Shown here: piece by piece, positions 1 to 9,364 of the stretch
How the letters are laid out: each line of letters opens with the position of its first letter
Position numbering within the stretch: position 1 is the stretch's first letter
Assembly: GCA_016926625.1 (NCBI GenBank)
Contig: JAFGOE010000013.1
Coordinates: 79,587 to 143,586 of the forward strand
Length of the DNA stretch: 64,000 bases
Direction of reading: 5' to 3'
Source of the DNA: Candidatus Zhuqueibacterota bacterium
GTDB lineage: Bacteria > Zhuqueibacterota > Zhuqueibacteria > Thermofontimicrobiales > Thiofontviventaceae
The notes under the pieces: model-generated
Told to the model about the DNA's origin: nothing
Seen by the model: the letters and a program-made list of their open reading frames with translations, nothing else
The model's database searches: none
Translations under genes and position numbers: made by a program

Positions 1-245
1 CGTTAAATGTCAAAATGCCGCTTTTGATTGCCTAAATATTTTAATCAGGACATGATCAGCACAACGTGACCGAATTCTATTGAATTAAGCGGAATCGGAT
101 CAATTTAAGGGACCGGGTTAGATCGAGTTCCCTTCATTACGCTATCCGAACTGAAGACCATCGTTGTTTCCAGAGGAGGCGTAGTGGCGTATCCTCTGTA
201 TATCAGGAAGATACGCTCACAATACATTATCGAGGAGGTGCTAGA

Positions 246-1667
246 ATGCGAATAAACCGTTCATTATTGGTATTCACCATGACACTCGCGTTTATTGATC
301 TCTCATTTGCACAGACATGGAAAGAGGCTAAGGGGATCGGTATCAGCAGCTCTTTAATCAAGTTTGAAGGTGGTCAGATTGACAGGGCGGCACTTGGCAA
401 TTGGGGAGGAATAACGATGCGCTACGGTGTATCGCCGTATCTCATGCTTGATTTTAATGCTGGTTATGGTAGTTTCAAACCGAATGTAAGCGGGGAGAAG
501 TATAAAAAGGACCCTGAATCTCCATACAGGACATTTCTATTCCCCATCAGTCTGGCAATGAAGGCGACGCCGTTAAAGGAAACGAAATTTAGACCGTACA
601 TAACGGCAGGCCTTGGAGTTCTAATTTGGGATCTTCGCGATGTTTCAAGTACGAATATCACTTTCTGGGAAAATAAACAATTTCGTTGGGGCAGGCAGGT
701 CAACGGCGCGATCAAGAAAAATTTCAGTTTTATACAGGGTTTAGGGCTGGAATATCATTTTAATGAGAAATTCGCCTTCGATTTGCAGGGACGCTTCTAT
801 TCGTTGCTCGACATGGAGTACGATAATGTCGGACTCGGTGATTATAACGATCAGATTTTTGAAGCGAAAGGAACGATTTCGTATTATTTTGATTATTATC
901 AAGACACGGATAAAGATGGTATTGAAGATAAGTTTGACGCGGATCCGATGAGGCCAGAGGACTATGACGGTTATCAGGACAAGGATGGTGCTCCTGATTT
1001 CGACAATGATCGCGATAGGATCCCTGACCTGCAGGATAGGTGCCCGAACGAAGCAGAAGATCATGATGGTTTTCAGGACCAGGATGGGTGTCCTGATCAC
1101 GATAATGATGGTGATGGAATTCCGGATGTAACGGATAATTGTCCAAATGAGCCTGAGGATTTTGACGGATTCCAGGATGAAGATGGTTGCCCTGATTATG
1201 ATAGTGACGGTGATGGGATTCCGGATGAAAAAGATAAGTGTCCCACAGAGGCTGAAACTGTAAACGGCTTCGAGGATGAAGATGGGTGCCCCGATACAAA
1301 ACCAGTTCCGGAACTGGAAGCTCCGGGCACAAGATTTGTGTTGCGTGGTATAAATTTCAGTACCGGCAGTGCGACACTAACGGCTGAATCGCTTCCTGTG
1401 CTCAATAAAATGGTGACGTTGCTTCAAGAGCATAAAGACGTTGAAATCGAGGTACGTGGTTACACCGATAGTGTGGGTAGCGCCACAGCAAATCAGAGGT
1501 TGTCAGAGCGTCGTGCAAAGACGGTCATGGATTACTTGATCGAAGCGGGTATCGATGCTTCCAGGCTAAGCGTTGTTGGGCATGGGGAGAAAGATCCTAT
1601 TGCATCCAATAGGACGGCCGAGGGTAGGGCGCAAAACAGACGCATCGAATTTTTCCGAATAAAATAG
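246..1667 (+). CDS. OmpA-family outer-membrane protein: N-terminal beta-barrel-like region, thrombospondin type-3 (TSP3) Ca-binding repeats, C-terminal OmpA peptidoglycan-binding domain
   Basis: GGAGGTG Shine-Dalgarno sits 5-6 nt upstream of the ATG. Signal peptide MRINRSLLVFTMTLAFIDLSFAQ. Repeated D-x-D-G-D-G-I-P-D / C-P-x-E-x-E-D-x-D-G-F-Q-D units. C-terminal OmpA signature ...IEVRGYTDSVGSATANQRLSERRAKTV...NRRIEF. Confidence 0.9.
   Translation: MRINRSLLVFTMTLAFIDLSFAQTWKEAKGIGISSSLIKFEGGQIDRAALGNWGGITMRYGVSPYLMLDFNAGYGSFKPNVSGEKYKKDPESPYRTFLFPISLAMKATPLKETKFRPYITAGLGVLIWDLRDVSSTNITFWENKQFRWGRQVNGAIKKNFSFIQGLGLEYHFNEKFAFDLQGRFYSLLDMEYDNVGLGDYNDQIFEAKGTISYYFDYYQDTDKDGIEDKFDADPMRPEDYDGYQDKDGAPDFDNDRDRIPDLQDRCPNEAEDHDGFQDQDGCPDHDNDGDGIPDVTDNCPNEPEDFDGFQDEDGCPDYDSDGDGIPDEKDKCPTEAETVNGFEDEDGCPDTKPVPELEAPGTRFVLRGINFSTGSATLTAESLPVLNKMVTLLQEHKDVEIEVRGYTDSVGSATANQRLSERRAKTVMDYLIEAGIDASRLSVVGHGEKDPIASNRTAEGRAQNRRIEFFRIK
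903..1295 (+). repeat. In-frame tandem TSP3-type repeats (about 4 units of about 31 aa) inside the OmpA-family gene
   Basis: Protein residues 220-350 show reiterated DxDGDGIPDxxDxCPxExEDxDGFQDxDGCPD. The DNA repeats are visible too (gatggtgatggaattccggat variants). Confidence 0.8.
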
Positions 1668-1865
1668 CATCGTCTGAGACAGCGCTTGTTTAACATGAAC
1701 CAAACCAGATCATAAATGTGTTGCGTGATGGCCATCAGCAGCCTCACGCTGATGACCAAAATCGACTGACAGATCATTAACGTTCATAAAAAATGATTTA
1801 AGTATCCAGTTCTTTGATAATAGTAAGTAAAGAACACGTATTACAGTGGATTGATAATTTTTTCC

Positions 1866-1894
1866 TTGACTTTATCCATTGGTTTTAGTATTAT
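1866..1894 (+). promoter_or_regulatory. Putative sigma70-type promoter (TTGACT-17 nt-TATTAT) about 390 nt upstream of the second OmpA paralog
   Basis: TTGACT at 1866-1871, a 17-nt spacer, and TATTAT at 1889-1894, in a 620-nt AT-rich intergenic region. Confidence 0.35.
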
Positions 1895-2287
1895 TTATAA
1901 ACATTTTCATTTTAATATTCAATTACCATCTAATCAAGTAAACATGTATATTTCTTAGCAAGACGCATTGAGTCAGGTTGTATCTGTCAGGATTCATGGT
2001 ATACGGGAAAAGACTCAAAATCTACGGGGTCGATTATTAGAATGGATGTTGATTTTTTGCCGTTCAAAGGATAGCATGTGATGCACAGATTGGCACCTGT
2101 GAAAGCATGTTTTAACATAGCATCTTATGACTTTCTTATAATAAACATCCTACTTTTTCCAACAACGAGCCTGCTCACATGTGAAATTTATTTATATCGT
2201 AATTTGATCTAGTCTTTTAATACATTGTTTACAGACTAATTAAATTATTTTAAATTAACTACTGAACATTTTCCAAAAGGAGGAAAA

Positions 2288-3718
2288 ATGCGAACAGGAA
2301 GTAAATCACTCTTAATCATTGCTGTTTTTATGTTAGCAATTACATCATTTGCTTTTGGTCAGAGTTGGGATAATGCCAAAGGATTTGGTGTAACCGGAAG
2401 TCTGAATAAATTCGTAGGTGGTGCAATGGATCGCGCAGCCGTAGGTAACTGGAGCGGTCTGACCATTCGATATGGTGTGTCCCCTTACATTTTATTCGAT
2501 TTAAACGCACAGTATGGATCCTTTAAACCTTCGGTTATGGGATCGAGATATGACAAAGATGAAAATTCACCATTCAGAACATTTTTATTCCCAATTAATC
2601 TTCAGATGAAAGTTTCAGCGTTAAAGGATGGTCGTTATCGTCCATATGCCTCTGTTGGTGCTGGAGCACTGTTGTGGGATTTGAGAGATGTAGAAGGGAC
2701 CGGCGTTTCATTCATTGAAGATCAACAGTTCCGCTGGGGAAGAGCTATTTATGACGGAGTTCAAAAAGAAATCGTTCTTAAAGGCGGTCTCGGTTTGGAA
2801 ACATTTCTTACCTCAAGCTTCGCCCTGGATTTGGAAGCTGGATTCGGATTCTTTGTCAACTCCGATCCAAAAGATAATGTCGGTGTAGGCGATGAGAACG
2901 ATATGTATTTAGAAGGTCGTGCTTCTCTGGTTTACTATTGGGGCTATTTCAAAGATACAGACGGAGACGGAATCGAGGATAAATATGATGCCAACGCTTT
3001 CGAAGCCGAAGATTTCGATGGTTTCGAGGATACCGATGGTGCTCCTGATTATGATAATGACAACGATGGTATTCCTGATTTGCAGGATAAGGCTCCGTTA
3101 GAGCCCGAAGATAAAGACGGATTCCAGGATGAAGATGGTGTTCCTGATCCGGATAATGACGGTGATGGAATCACCGACATTAATGATAAATGCCCGAACG
3201 AAGCTGAAGACATGGACGGCTTCGAAGACGAAGACGGCTGTCCCGATCTGGACAACGATGGTGATGGAATTCCTGATGATAAAGATCAATGCCCCAATGA
3301 GGCTGAAATCATCAACGATTATAAGGACGACGATGGTTGTCCCGATAAGAAACCGTTGCCGGAATTAGCCCAAAAGGGTTCTAAATTAGTTCTCAAGGGT
3401 GTCAACTTCAATACGGGTAGCGCTTCATTGACCGAAGAATCGTATAAGATTTTGGATGAAGTCGCCGCCGGGCTGGTTGACAACAAAGAAGTCGACATTG
3501 AAATTCGTGGTTACACAGACAGCGTTGGTTCAGCAACCGCAAATCAAAAGTTATCAGAGCGAAGAGCCAAGACGGTTATGCAATACCTGGTTAACGCAGG
3601 TGTTGAGGCCTCTCGTATGAGTGCTAAAGGTTATGGAGAAAAAGATCCTGTAGCCACCAACAAAACACCCGAAGGTCGTGCCGAGAACAGACGAATCGAA
3701 TTTTATCGCGTCAATTAA
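2288..3718 (+). CDS. OmpA-family outer-membrane protein with TSP3 repeats (tandem paralog of 246..1667)
   Basis: AAGGAGG Shine-Dalgarno. Signal peptide ...AITSFAFGQ. Collinear similarity to the upstream gene along the full length (GNW.G.T.RYGVSPY...FRTFLFPI...FRWGR...). TSP3 repeats. OmpA C-terminus IEIRGYTDSVGSATANQKLSERRAKTV...NRRIEF. Confidence 0.9.
   Translation: MRTGSKSLLIIAVFMLAITSFAFGQSWDNAKGFGVTGSLNKFVGGAMDRAAVGNWSGLTIRYGVSPYILFDLNAQYGSFKPSVMGSRYDKDENSPFRTFLFPINLQMKVSALKDGRYRPYASVGAGALLWDLRDVEGTGVSFIEDQQFRWGRAIYDGVQKEIVLKGGLGLETFLTSSFALDLEAGFGFFVNSDPKDNVGVGDENDMYLEGRASLVYYWGYFKDTDGDGIEDKYDANAFEAEDFDGFEDTDGAPDYDNDNDGIPDLQDKAPLEPEDKDGFQDEDGVPDPDNDGDGITDINDKCPNEAEDMDGFEDEDGCPDLDNDGDGIPDDKDQCPNEAEIINDYKDDDGCPDKKPLPELAQKGSKLVLKGVNFNTGSASLTEESYKILDEVAAGLVDNKEVDIEIRGYTDSVGSATANQKLSERRAKTVMQYLVNAGVEASRMSAKGYGEKDPVATNKTPEGRAENRRIEFYRVN
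2954..3343 (+). repeat. In-frame TSP3-type tandem repeats in the second OmpA paralog
   Basis: Protein residues 223-352 show repeated D-N-D-G-D-G-I-x-D ... C-P-N-E-A-E-D-x-D-G-F-E-D-E-D-G-C-P-D. Confidence 0.8.
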
Positions 3719-3744
3719 GAATACGACAATTCATTAGAAAAAAA

Positions 3745-3778
3745 GGCAATGATACTCGATATCATTGCCTTTTTTTTA
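3745..3778. terminator. Rho-independent terminator hairpin between convergent genes, possibly bidirectional
   Basis: ggcaatgata-ctcga-tatcattgcc stem-loop, preceded by an A-run and followed by a T8 run. Confidence 0.65.
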
Positions 3779-3930
3779 TGTTGTTCATCACGATTTTTTA
3801 CGATCCGCTCATCGCCCTTCATGTTCATCGTTCCAGGGAAACTGCTTTCCAATCGACCCCATCGCCTCGATGGGGTCAGTTTACGGCCCAATCAACAGAT
3901 CGTCCTCGTACCCTACCTTCTATTCTCTCC

Positions 3931-5814
3931 TTATTCCCTTGTATTTTTCCCGAAATTAGGATCAATACGCAAAAAATTCACCAAAATGATGCCCGGGATC
4001 GTCGATATCAACACCCAGATGAAAAAGCTCGGATAACCGATGATCGATTGAATCCAACCGCTAATCATTCCGGGAATCATCATTCCCAAAGCCATAAAGG
4101 CCGTGCAGATAGCGTAATGAGATGTTTTAAAGTCACCCTCGGAAATATAGATCATATAGAGCATATAGGCCGTGAAGCCGAATCCATAACCGAATTGTTC
4201 TATCCCTACACAGGCATTAATCAAAGCAAAATTGGTCGTTTGTGTGTAAGCCAGAACAATGTAAGTCGCATCGGGTAGATTGATGGCAATTGCCATCCAA
4301 AAAATCCATTTCTTTAGTCCTTGTTTTGCAGCCACGAATCCGCCTAATAATCCTCCGATCGTCAGCATCAGCATGCCGATCGTTCCATAGACGAAACCCA
4401 ATTCTCCGGTGGTTAAAGCCAAACCGCCTTTCTCCTGTGCATCGAGGAGAAAGGGTGACGCGATTTTGACGAGTTGTGACTCTCCGAGTCGATACAAAAG
4501 CAGAAACGCCAGAGATAAGCCGATCCCTTTCTTTTTAAAGAATGAAGAGAACGATACACCAAAACTGATGAAAAATTCCTTCATGCTATGTGATGCTCTG
4601 GGGACATCTTCGGCAGGATGAGGCATGATGAACTTATGATAGATGCAGAAGATGCCGAACAGGATCGCCATGATCACGAAGGTAACAATCCACGAAAGTT
4701 CGATGTCACCCGCTCTGGCGACGTAGGTAGCTTCTACCTGTTCGGTCAGTTTGGGATCGACCTGGATGATGGCCAATAATGGTTTGTTCCAATTTTGAGA
4801 TGTAAATTCAGCTCTTGCTTCCCGACCTTGTAATGCGATATCATTCGCACCGCTTTTTTTACCAAAATTTACAACGTACTTTTTCTCCGGTTCAGGCGGT
4901 TTAGAAAGGTGGATGTAAACTAATGCAAAATTCCCTCGCCTCTCCATCGCTCTTACCGCTTCATTTCTTCCGAAGATCGAAATCAACCCTGATTCTACCT
5001 TCTTCGATATATTCCGTTTAAACCAGTTGTCTGAAATACGCATCTGCTCTGCAGTTTTAATGGGTTCGGAGTAACCGTTTTCTACATTCCAGTTTGTCAC
5101 CATGGTGTTAACATGTTTAAACGAATCAGGTTCGACGAAGCCAGTCGGGATGTCGACGGTTTCAGGGCTAATGATGATCCGTAAATCCCCCGGCTGTTCC
5201 TCAATTTTAAGGCTGTCAGGATGAACGTATTTGACTGTTTCGACCGGGGAATTAGTCGCCCTCACCTTATAATCTATCGTTTCCAATCCACTGCCACTTT
5301 CGATATAACCGGCTAAAATCACCAATAAGCCCTGACCTGTCAGCATCGCGAACCTATAAAAGGTGTTGCGGATTCCCACAAACCAGGCCTGTTGGTGTTG
5401 TGACATCCCTAACATATAGAAACCGTCCGCCGCGATGTCATGTGTTGCAGAACTGAAGGCAAGAAGCCAAAAAAATGCAAGCGTAAATTGTAGAAACCTT
5501 GATGTCGGTATCGTCAGTGCAATACCGGCAAGAGCAGCTCCGATGACTAACTGCATCGATATTATCCAAAATCGCTTTGTCCTGATTATATCGACCAGCG
5601 GACTCCATAGCGGCTTTATTACCCAGGGTAAATATAACCAACTGGTATATAAAGCGATCTGCGTATTCGAAAGTCCCAACCGTTTATACATGATTACGGA
5701 TACTGTCATGACGATGATGTATGGGATACCCTCAGCGTAATAAAGGGTCGGCACCCAGTACCATGGTGATAATTTACTCTTTTTAGTATCGACTGCTTTT
5801 TTCTTGTTCATCAT
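3931..5814 (-). CDS. AmpG-family MFS permease (muropeptide/lysophospholipid transporter family) with a large inserted hydrophilic domain
   Basis: AmpG-like motifs LPWVIKPLWSPLVD..R..RFW and SSATHDIAADGF in the N-half, and LLLYRLGES...GELGFVYGTIG in the C-half. About 200 hydrophilic residues (172-371) interrupt the N-terminal six-helix half. Confidence 0.75.
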   Translation of the reverse strand: MMNKKKAVDTKKSKLSPWYWVPTLYYAEGIPYIIVMTVSVIMYKRLGLSNTQIALYTSWLYLPWVIKPLWSPLVDIIRTKRFWIISMQLVIGAALAGIALTIPTSRFLQFTLAFFWLLAFSSATHDIAADGFYMLGMSQHQQAWFVGIRNTFYRFAMLTGQGLLVILAGYIESGSGLETIDYKVRATNSPVETVKYVHPDSLKIEEQPGDLRIIISPETVDIPTGFVEPDSFKHVNTMVTNWNVENGYSEPIKTAEQMRISDNWFKRNISKKVESGLISIFGRNEAVRAMERRGNFALVYIHLSKPPEPEKKYVVNFGKKSGANDIALQGREARAEFTSQNWNKPLLAIIQVDPKLTEQVEATYVARAGDIELSWIVTFVIMAILFGIFCIYHKFIMPHPAEDVPRASHSMKEFFISFGVSFSSFFKKKGIGLSLAFLLLYRLGESQLVKIASPFLLDAQEKGGLALTTGELGFVYGTIGMLMLTIGGLLGGFVAAKQGLKKWIFWMAIAINLPDATYIVLAYTQTTNFALINACVGIEQFGYGFGFTAYMLYMIYISEGDFKTSHYAICTAFMALGMMIPGMISGWIQSIIGYPSFFIWVLISTIPGIILVNFLRIDPNFGKNTRE

Positions 5815-6149
5815 CTCACCTGCTTGAATGTAAATTTATGATCTAGTGATTTCATCGTTATTTATTTATGATCATTGTTTATGCTAGAATCTTAATCGAT
5901 TGCGCTAATAAATGCAAATGGTTTTAACGTACGTCTTATTCTGACCAATGATGTGAATAGTATCCGGATCATTTGAGGGATAAAATATTGATTATGGTGA
6001 AAATATATAATTTTAAATCGATTTTTGCAACTAAAATATGATTCGAGATTTAAATAAAACGTATTCGGGTTTGTTGTGTGCATTTATTTAGGGATGTTAT
6101 TACAGAGGATTAATTAGATGAGGTTGGAACAGAAAAGTACGATCATCGG

Positions 6150-6704
6150 TCAGGACATCTGTCGCTCTTTTTTAACTTCCATGATCTCATCTCTGAGCCG
6201 TGCTGCGTCTTCGAATCTTTCCTCGATGACGGCCTTGTTCAATTGAATATTAAGCTCCTCGAGTCTATCCACACTACTCGATTTTTCTTCCACTTCTTCC
6301 TCTTTGTCGGGTACACCGGCACGTAACATGACGTTCTCCATAACGAAAATTGGCGATTGCATTCTAAGAGCCAGAGCAATGGCATCGCTGGGTCGAGCGT
6401 CGATTTCATTTTTTTGCTCTTTTGAATTGACAGTGATCAAGGCGAAGTAGGTATTTTCACGAAGATCATTGACTACAACCTGCTGAACATCCACGTCGAT
6501 CGCGTCGAGGATATTTTTCATAAGATCATGTGTTAAGGGACGGGGAGGATTAATTTTCTCGAGTTGGAGGGCTATGGCTTGAGCTTCCGTAGATCCAACG
6601 ACGATAGGCAGCCATCGATTGTGTACATCATCCTTTAATATTACGACGAATCGATTCGTCGTCGTATCAAAGGTGACTCTATCAACTCTTACTGCAATCA
6701 TCAT
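6150..6704 (-). CDS. Bifunctional nuclease (BFN/DUF151) domain protein with C-terminal UVR motif
   Basis: ...LPIVVGSTEAQAIALQLE....RPLTHDL... and ARPSDAIALALR are typical of the BFN domain. The C-terminal tail EERFEDAARLRDEI is a UvrB/C-like UVR motif. I prefer the start at Met46 of the tracked ORF, which has an AAGGAGG Shine-Dalgarno 9 nt upstream. The longer ORF would overlap the upstream gene. Confidence 0.8.
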   Translation of the reverse strand: MMIAVRVDRVTFDTTTNRFVVILKDDVHNRWLPIVVGSTEAQAIALQLEKINPPRPLTHDLMKNILDAIDVDVQQVVVNDLRENTYFALITVNSKEQKNEIDARPSDAIALALRMQSPIFVMENVMLRAGVPDKEEEVEEKSSSVDRLEELNIQLNKAVIEERFEDAARLRDEIMEVKKERQMS

Positions 6705-6819
6705 GGCTGAAAACCTCCTTGAAAAAAGATCTGATGTATTCAGTGTAAAATCATCTATTCTATTATATAAATTTTCGGGACAAGTGTCAAGCAGTTTTTT
6801 TAAAAATATCTTAATTAAT

Positions 6820-7716
6820 TTAAACATTTTCAAAATCATAATTGAAAATCTTGTCTCTGATGTCGACTAAGGATGAGATCGAATCGATTAGATATCTCTG
6901 TTGGTTTCCCCAGACCATGAACGGAACCGGATTTCTTGTATGGGTTTTTATCGAAAGGTCTTCTATGTTTCCGTGATCACTGGTCAAGATAACGGTGTGC
7001 CTCCCGAGGTCGATCGCCTCGAGTAAGGATAACAGAAACTCCTCAAGCTCTCGCAACAACGTAGCAGCTTCTTTAGCATGTTGTCTATGGCCGGCCCGGT
7101 CAGTTTTGAAATATTCGTATAAGACGAATTGATGTGAATCTAAGAATCGGGATGCAATGGCTGCAGCTCTTTCAGGTGTGAACACGGGGACGTTGTAACC
7201 TTTTTGGATGAGCTCCTGATTGGTGAAATCATGATAAATGGACTGTTCGTTAAGTAAATCGTCCATCGAAAAAAATGTACATCCTGCTTTCCAGTTTTGG
7301 ATGCTGGTGACCGAGAGATAACGCAGTAATTTCTCCGGGCCGAGTTCGAAAAATGTCGACCGATAAGCATTAATGAAGACGGGTGAATGCCCTGCTTCTT
7401 TTAATTTAACGAATAGTGACTCCCTCTCGAGCAGATCTCGCAGTCGCTCATTCGGGAAACCGCTCTTATGATATCCAAGGTAAGCAGCAGCGTTTTGACC
7501 AGTAAAAATAGATGTCTGCCCCGTTGCGCTCTGGGGGAGGCCGTCGGTATTGAGATTAGCATCAAGATATGTTATGGATCCGTTTGCAGGCAGGGGTGTG
7601 TTTCGAGATTCATCAAGATAGTTATTGAATAGTCGCAAGTCAGGAGAGCCGCATGGATTGTGATGATTTCTTAAACCGATCCCGATTCCATCGATGAAAA
7701 TGAACAATATCGCCAT
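6820..7716 (-). CDS. Alkaline-phosphatase-superfamily metalloenzyme-domain protein (cofactor-independent phosphoglycerate/phosphopentose mutase-like)
   Basis: N-terminal metal-ligand motif FIFIDGIGIG, a nucleophile region QSATGQTS, and the distal metal site LTSDHGN. The specific substrate cannot be assigned. Confidence 0.55.
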   Translation of the reverse strand: MAILFIFIDGIGIGLRNHHNPCGSPDLRLFNNYLDESRNTPLPANGSITYLDANLNTDGLPQSATGQTSIFTGQNAAAYLGYHKSGFPNERLRDLLERESLFVKLKEAGHSPVFINAYRSTFFELGPEKLLRYLSVTSIQNWKAGCTFFSMDDLLNEQSIYHDFTNQELIQKGYNVPVFTPERAAAIASRFLDSHQFVLYEYFKTDRAGHRQHAKEAATLLRELEEFLLSLLEAIDLGRHTVILTSDHGNIEDLSIKTHTRNPVPFMVWGNQQRYLIDSISSLVDIRDKIFNYDFENV

Positions 7717-7721
7717 GTTAA

Positions 7722-9338
7722 CTAATACATCCTTGTCAATTTTGATTCTCTATAGTAATGTGCTAAAATAGTGTTATAACTCGCACCCCTGATGGCCATC
7801 ACCGCTGCACCCGTTTGGCACATACCCACACCGTGTCCCCATCCTGCTCCGATGATTTTAAATTTCTGAGGAATGTTGTTGCTGATAGCTTCTTTCTCAA
7901 CGATGAAACAGGAACTATAGAGATAGCTATCCGAGAGGACTCGTCGTATTTCTAACTCCTTGTCGACGATCAGATTTTGTTTTGTGCCGTTTATCCTGAT
8001 TTTGTTTAACCTGCCGGAGATCCCTCTTTCTAACGGAATGATGTCGCTTATTTGGCCGAGCGATTTGCCTGTTTTTTTCTCCACGATTCGTTTTATTTCG
8101 GATTGGCTGTACTCAACTGTCCATCGAAAATATTTTTTCGTATACTCGAGATAGGGAGGACATTCGATCAAGTTCAGATTACAGTAAACGCGGGGTTCGT
8201 TGGAGACCCATTTTTCAACATGATCTTCTTCGATTAAATAATTTTCACTGACCTGCACGTTGTTTGACGGGAGGTCGAAGACCCCGCGGAGATATCGGCG
8301 AGGTGTCCCTTGCCACACGTTTTCATTGTGTTCGGTGTGCCCACCGCAGACTCCACAGTAGAACGTCTCACAGATCTCACCATCATTTGTCAGCACTTCA
8401 CCCTCGGTTTCACGAACCGCAGTGACGACGTCCGCAGTGATACGAGAACTGCCTGCAAAGACCTGACAATGCACATCGTCACATACGTCAAACGGGTCCA
8501 GGGGATGCTGTTTTCCCAGGTGCGATAACGTGTAACTTCTGGCGGTAACAGCCTGAGCCTTCAAAGCCTGTAACGGAAATTTTGGGTTCATTTCCGCGGA
8601 GACCACGCTGCACAGGTAATCATCCATACTGATTTCGTTTATGATCGTGATCTTTCCGTTTCGATCGATTACATAATTGATGTCGCCATGATAAGTCCGT
8701 TTGCCTTCATTTTCAAAATGAAACCCCTGGCCGGATTTCGATTCTATAACGATGACATTACCCACGATTCGAAGGTAGTAACTGGATTCAACTTTTTCAT
8801 TGTTGCGCAGGTTTGTTAACTGCACAGTGCCTTTGGGATAATCTAACATGAAGGGTGAAATCTTCGTATACACCAGTGATGAGATCGTTCGCCGGTACTC
8901 CTCTGCTGCATTTTGTTCTTTGAATTCTTTATTGATGCACACATGACTCATATTATAATCGCCAATTTCGCCCTTATAAAGCATCCTCTGGCGTGTCGTT
9001 TTGATTGCCACCGGTAACCCTTTGCTCTGAAGCTCAGCGGCATAGCCTGCTGCCTCGCGTTCGTCGGGAGTGGATTTAGCCACCAATCTGTAGACCATGG
9101 TTGCCGCTGTGCCCGATATCACCTGGATGGTACATTGGTCCCCTGTTTGTCCTGTCATCAACAACGTGCCATCGTACGTGTAGACGTCGAAATCGTCACC
9201 AGCCTGAAATTCAGTCCTGCTGATGTCGGTAACGATGCCAACGCGTATCGTTTTAACAACTTTTTTATCGACAGTCGGCTGAATGGCACAGTTTAAACTG
9301 AACAATAGAATAAATATAAATGTTCTTTTTAGTCTCAT
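7722..9338 (-). CDS. SpoIID/LytB-domain protein (peptidoglycan remodelling, amidase enhancer family)
   Basis: C-terminal SpoIID signature ...AQAVTARSY....VCDD.HCQVF... and GWGHGVGMCQTGA. Signal peptide from MRLKRTFIFILLFSLNCA. The tracked ORF begins 10 codons upstream at a TTG. Confidence 0.85.
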   Translation of the reverse strand: MRLKRTFIFILLFSLNCAIQPTVDKKVVKTIRVGIVTDISRTEFQAGDDFDVYTYDGTLLMTGQTGDQCTIQVISGTAATMVYRLVAKSTPDEREAAGYAAELQSKGLPVAIKTTRQRMLYKGEIGDYNMSHVCINKEFKEQNAAEEYRRTISSLVYTKISPFMLDYPKGTVQLTNLRNNEKVESSYYLRIVGNVIVIESKSGQGFHFENEGKRTYHGDINYVIDRNGKITIINEISMDDYLCSVVSAEMNPKFPLQALKAQAVTARSYTLSHLGKQHPLDPFDVCDDVHCQVFAGSSRITADVVTAVRETEGEVLTNDGEICETFYCGVCGGHTEHNENVWQGTPRRYLRGVFDLPSNNVQVSENYLIEEDHVEKWVSNEPRVYCNLNLIECPPYLEYTKKYFRWTVEYSQSEIKRIVEKKTGKSLGQISDIIPLERGISGRLNKIRINGTKQNLIVDKELEIRRVLSDSYLYSSCFIVEKEAISNNIPQKFKIIGAGWGHGVGMCQTGAAVMAIRGASYNTILAHYYRESKLTRMY

Positions 9339-9364
9339 GGTATTTTTCTTATAAATTTGCGCGA

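Noticed and set aside
760-1332. 190-aa and 119-aa antisense ORFs, plus several 60-80-aa ORFs, overlapping the TSP3 repeat region of the first OmpA gene. Similar ones lie at 3049-3368 in the second gene.
   Set aside because: They are artefacts of the GAT/GAC-rich repeat DNA, which is open in several frames. They have His/Pro/Ser- or Ile/Arg-rich low-complexity translations, no Shine-Dalgarno, and lie fully inside well-supported genes.
3778-4278. 166-aa plus-strand ORF, and 64-95-aa neighbours, overlapping the 3' end of the AmpG-family gene.
   Set aside because: They begin inside the terminator T-run, have no ribosome-binding site, and give a Pro/Ser/Arg-rich translation. The opposite strand encodes conserved MFS helices.
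6705-6839. 45-codon N-terminal extension of the BFN/UVR nuclease ORF, overlapping the upstream metalloenzyme gene by 20 nt.
   Set aside because: The internal Met46 has a canonical AAGGAGG Shine-Dalgarno, and the conserved BFN domain begins right there. The extension is AT-rich Lys/Ile/Leu filler.
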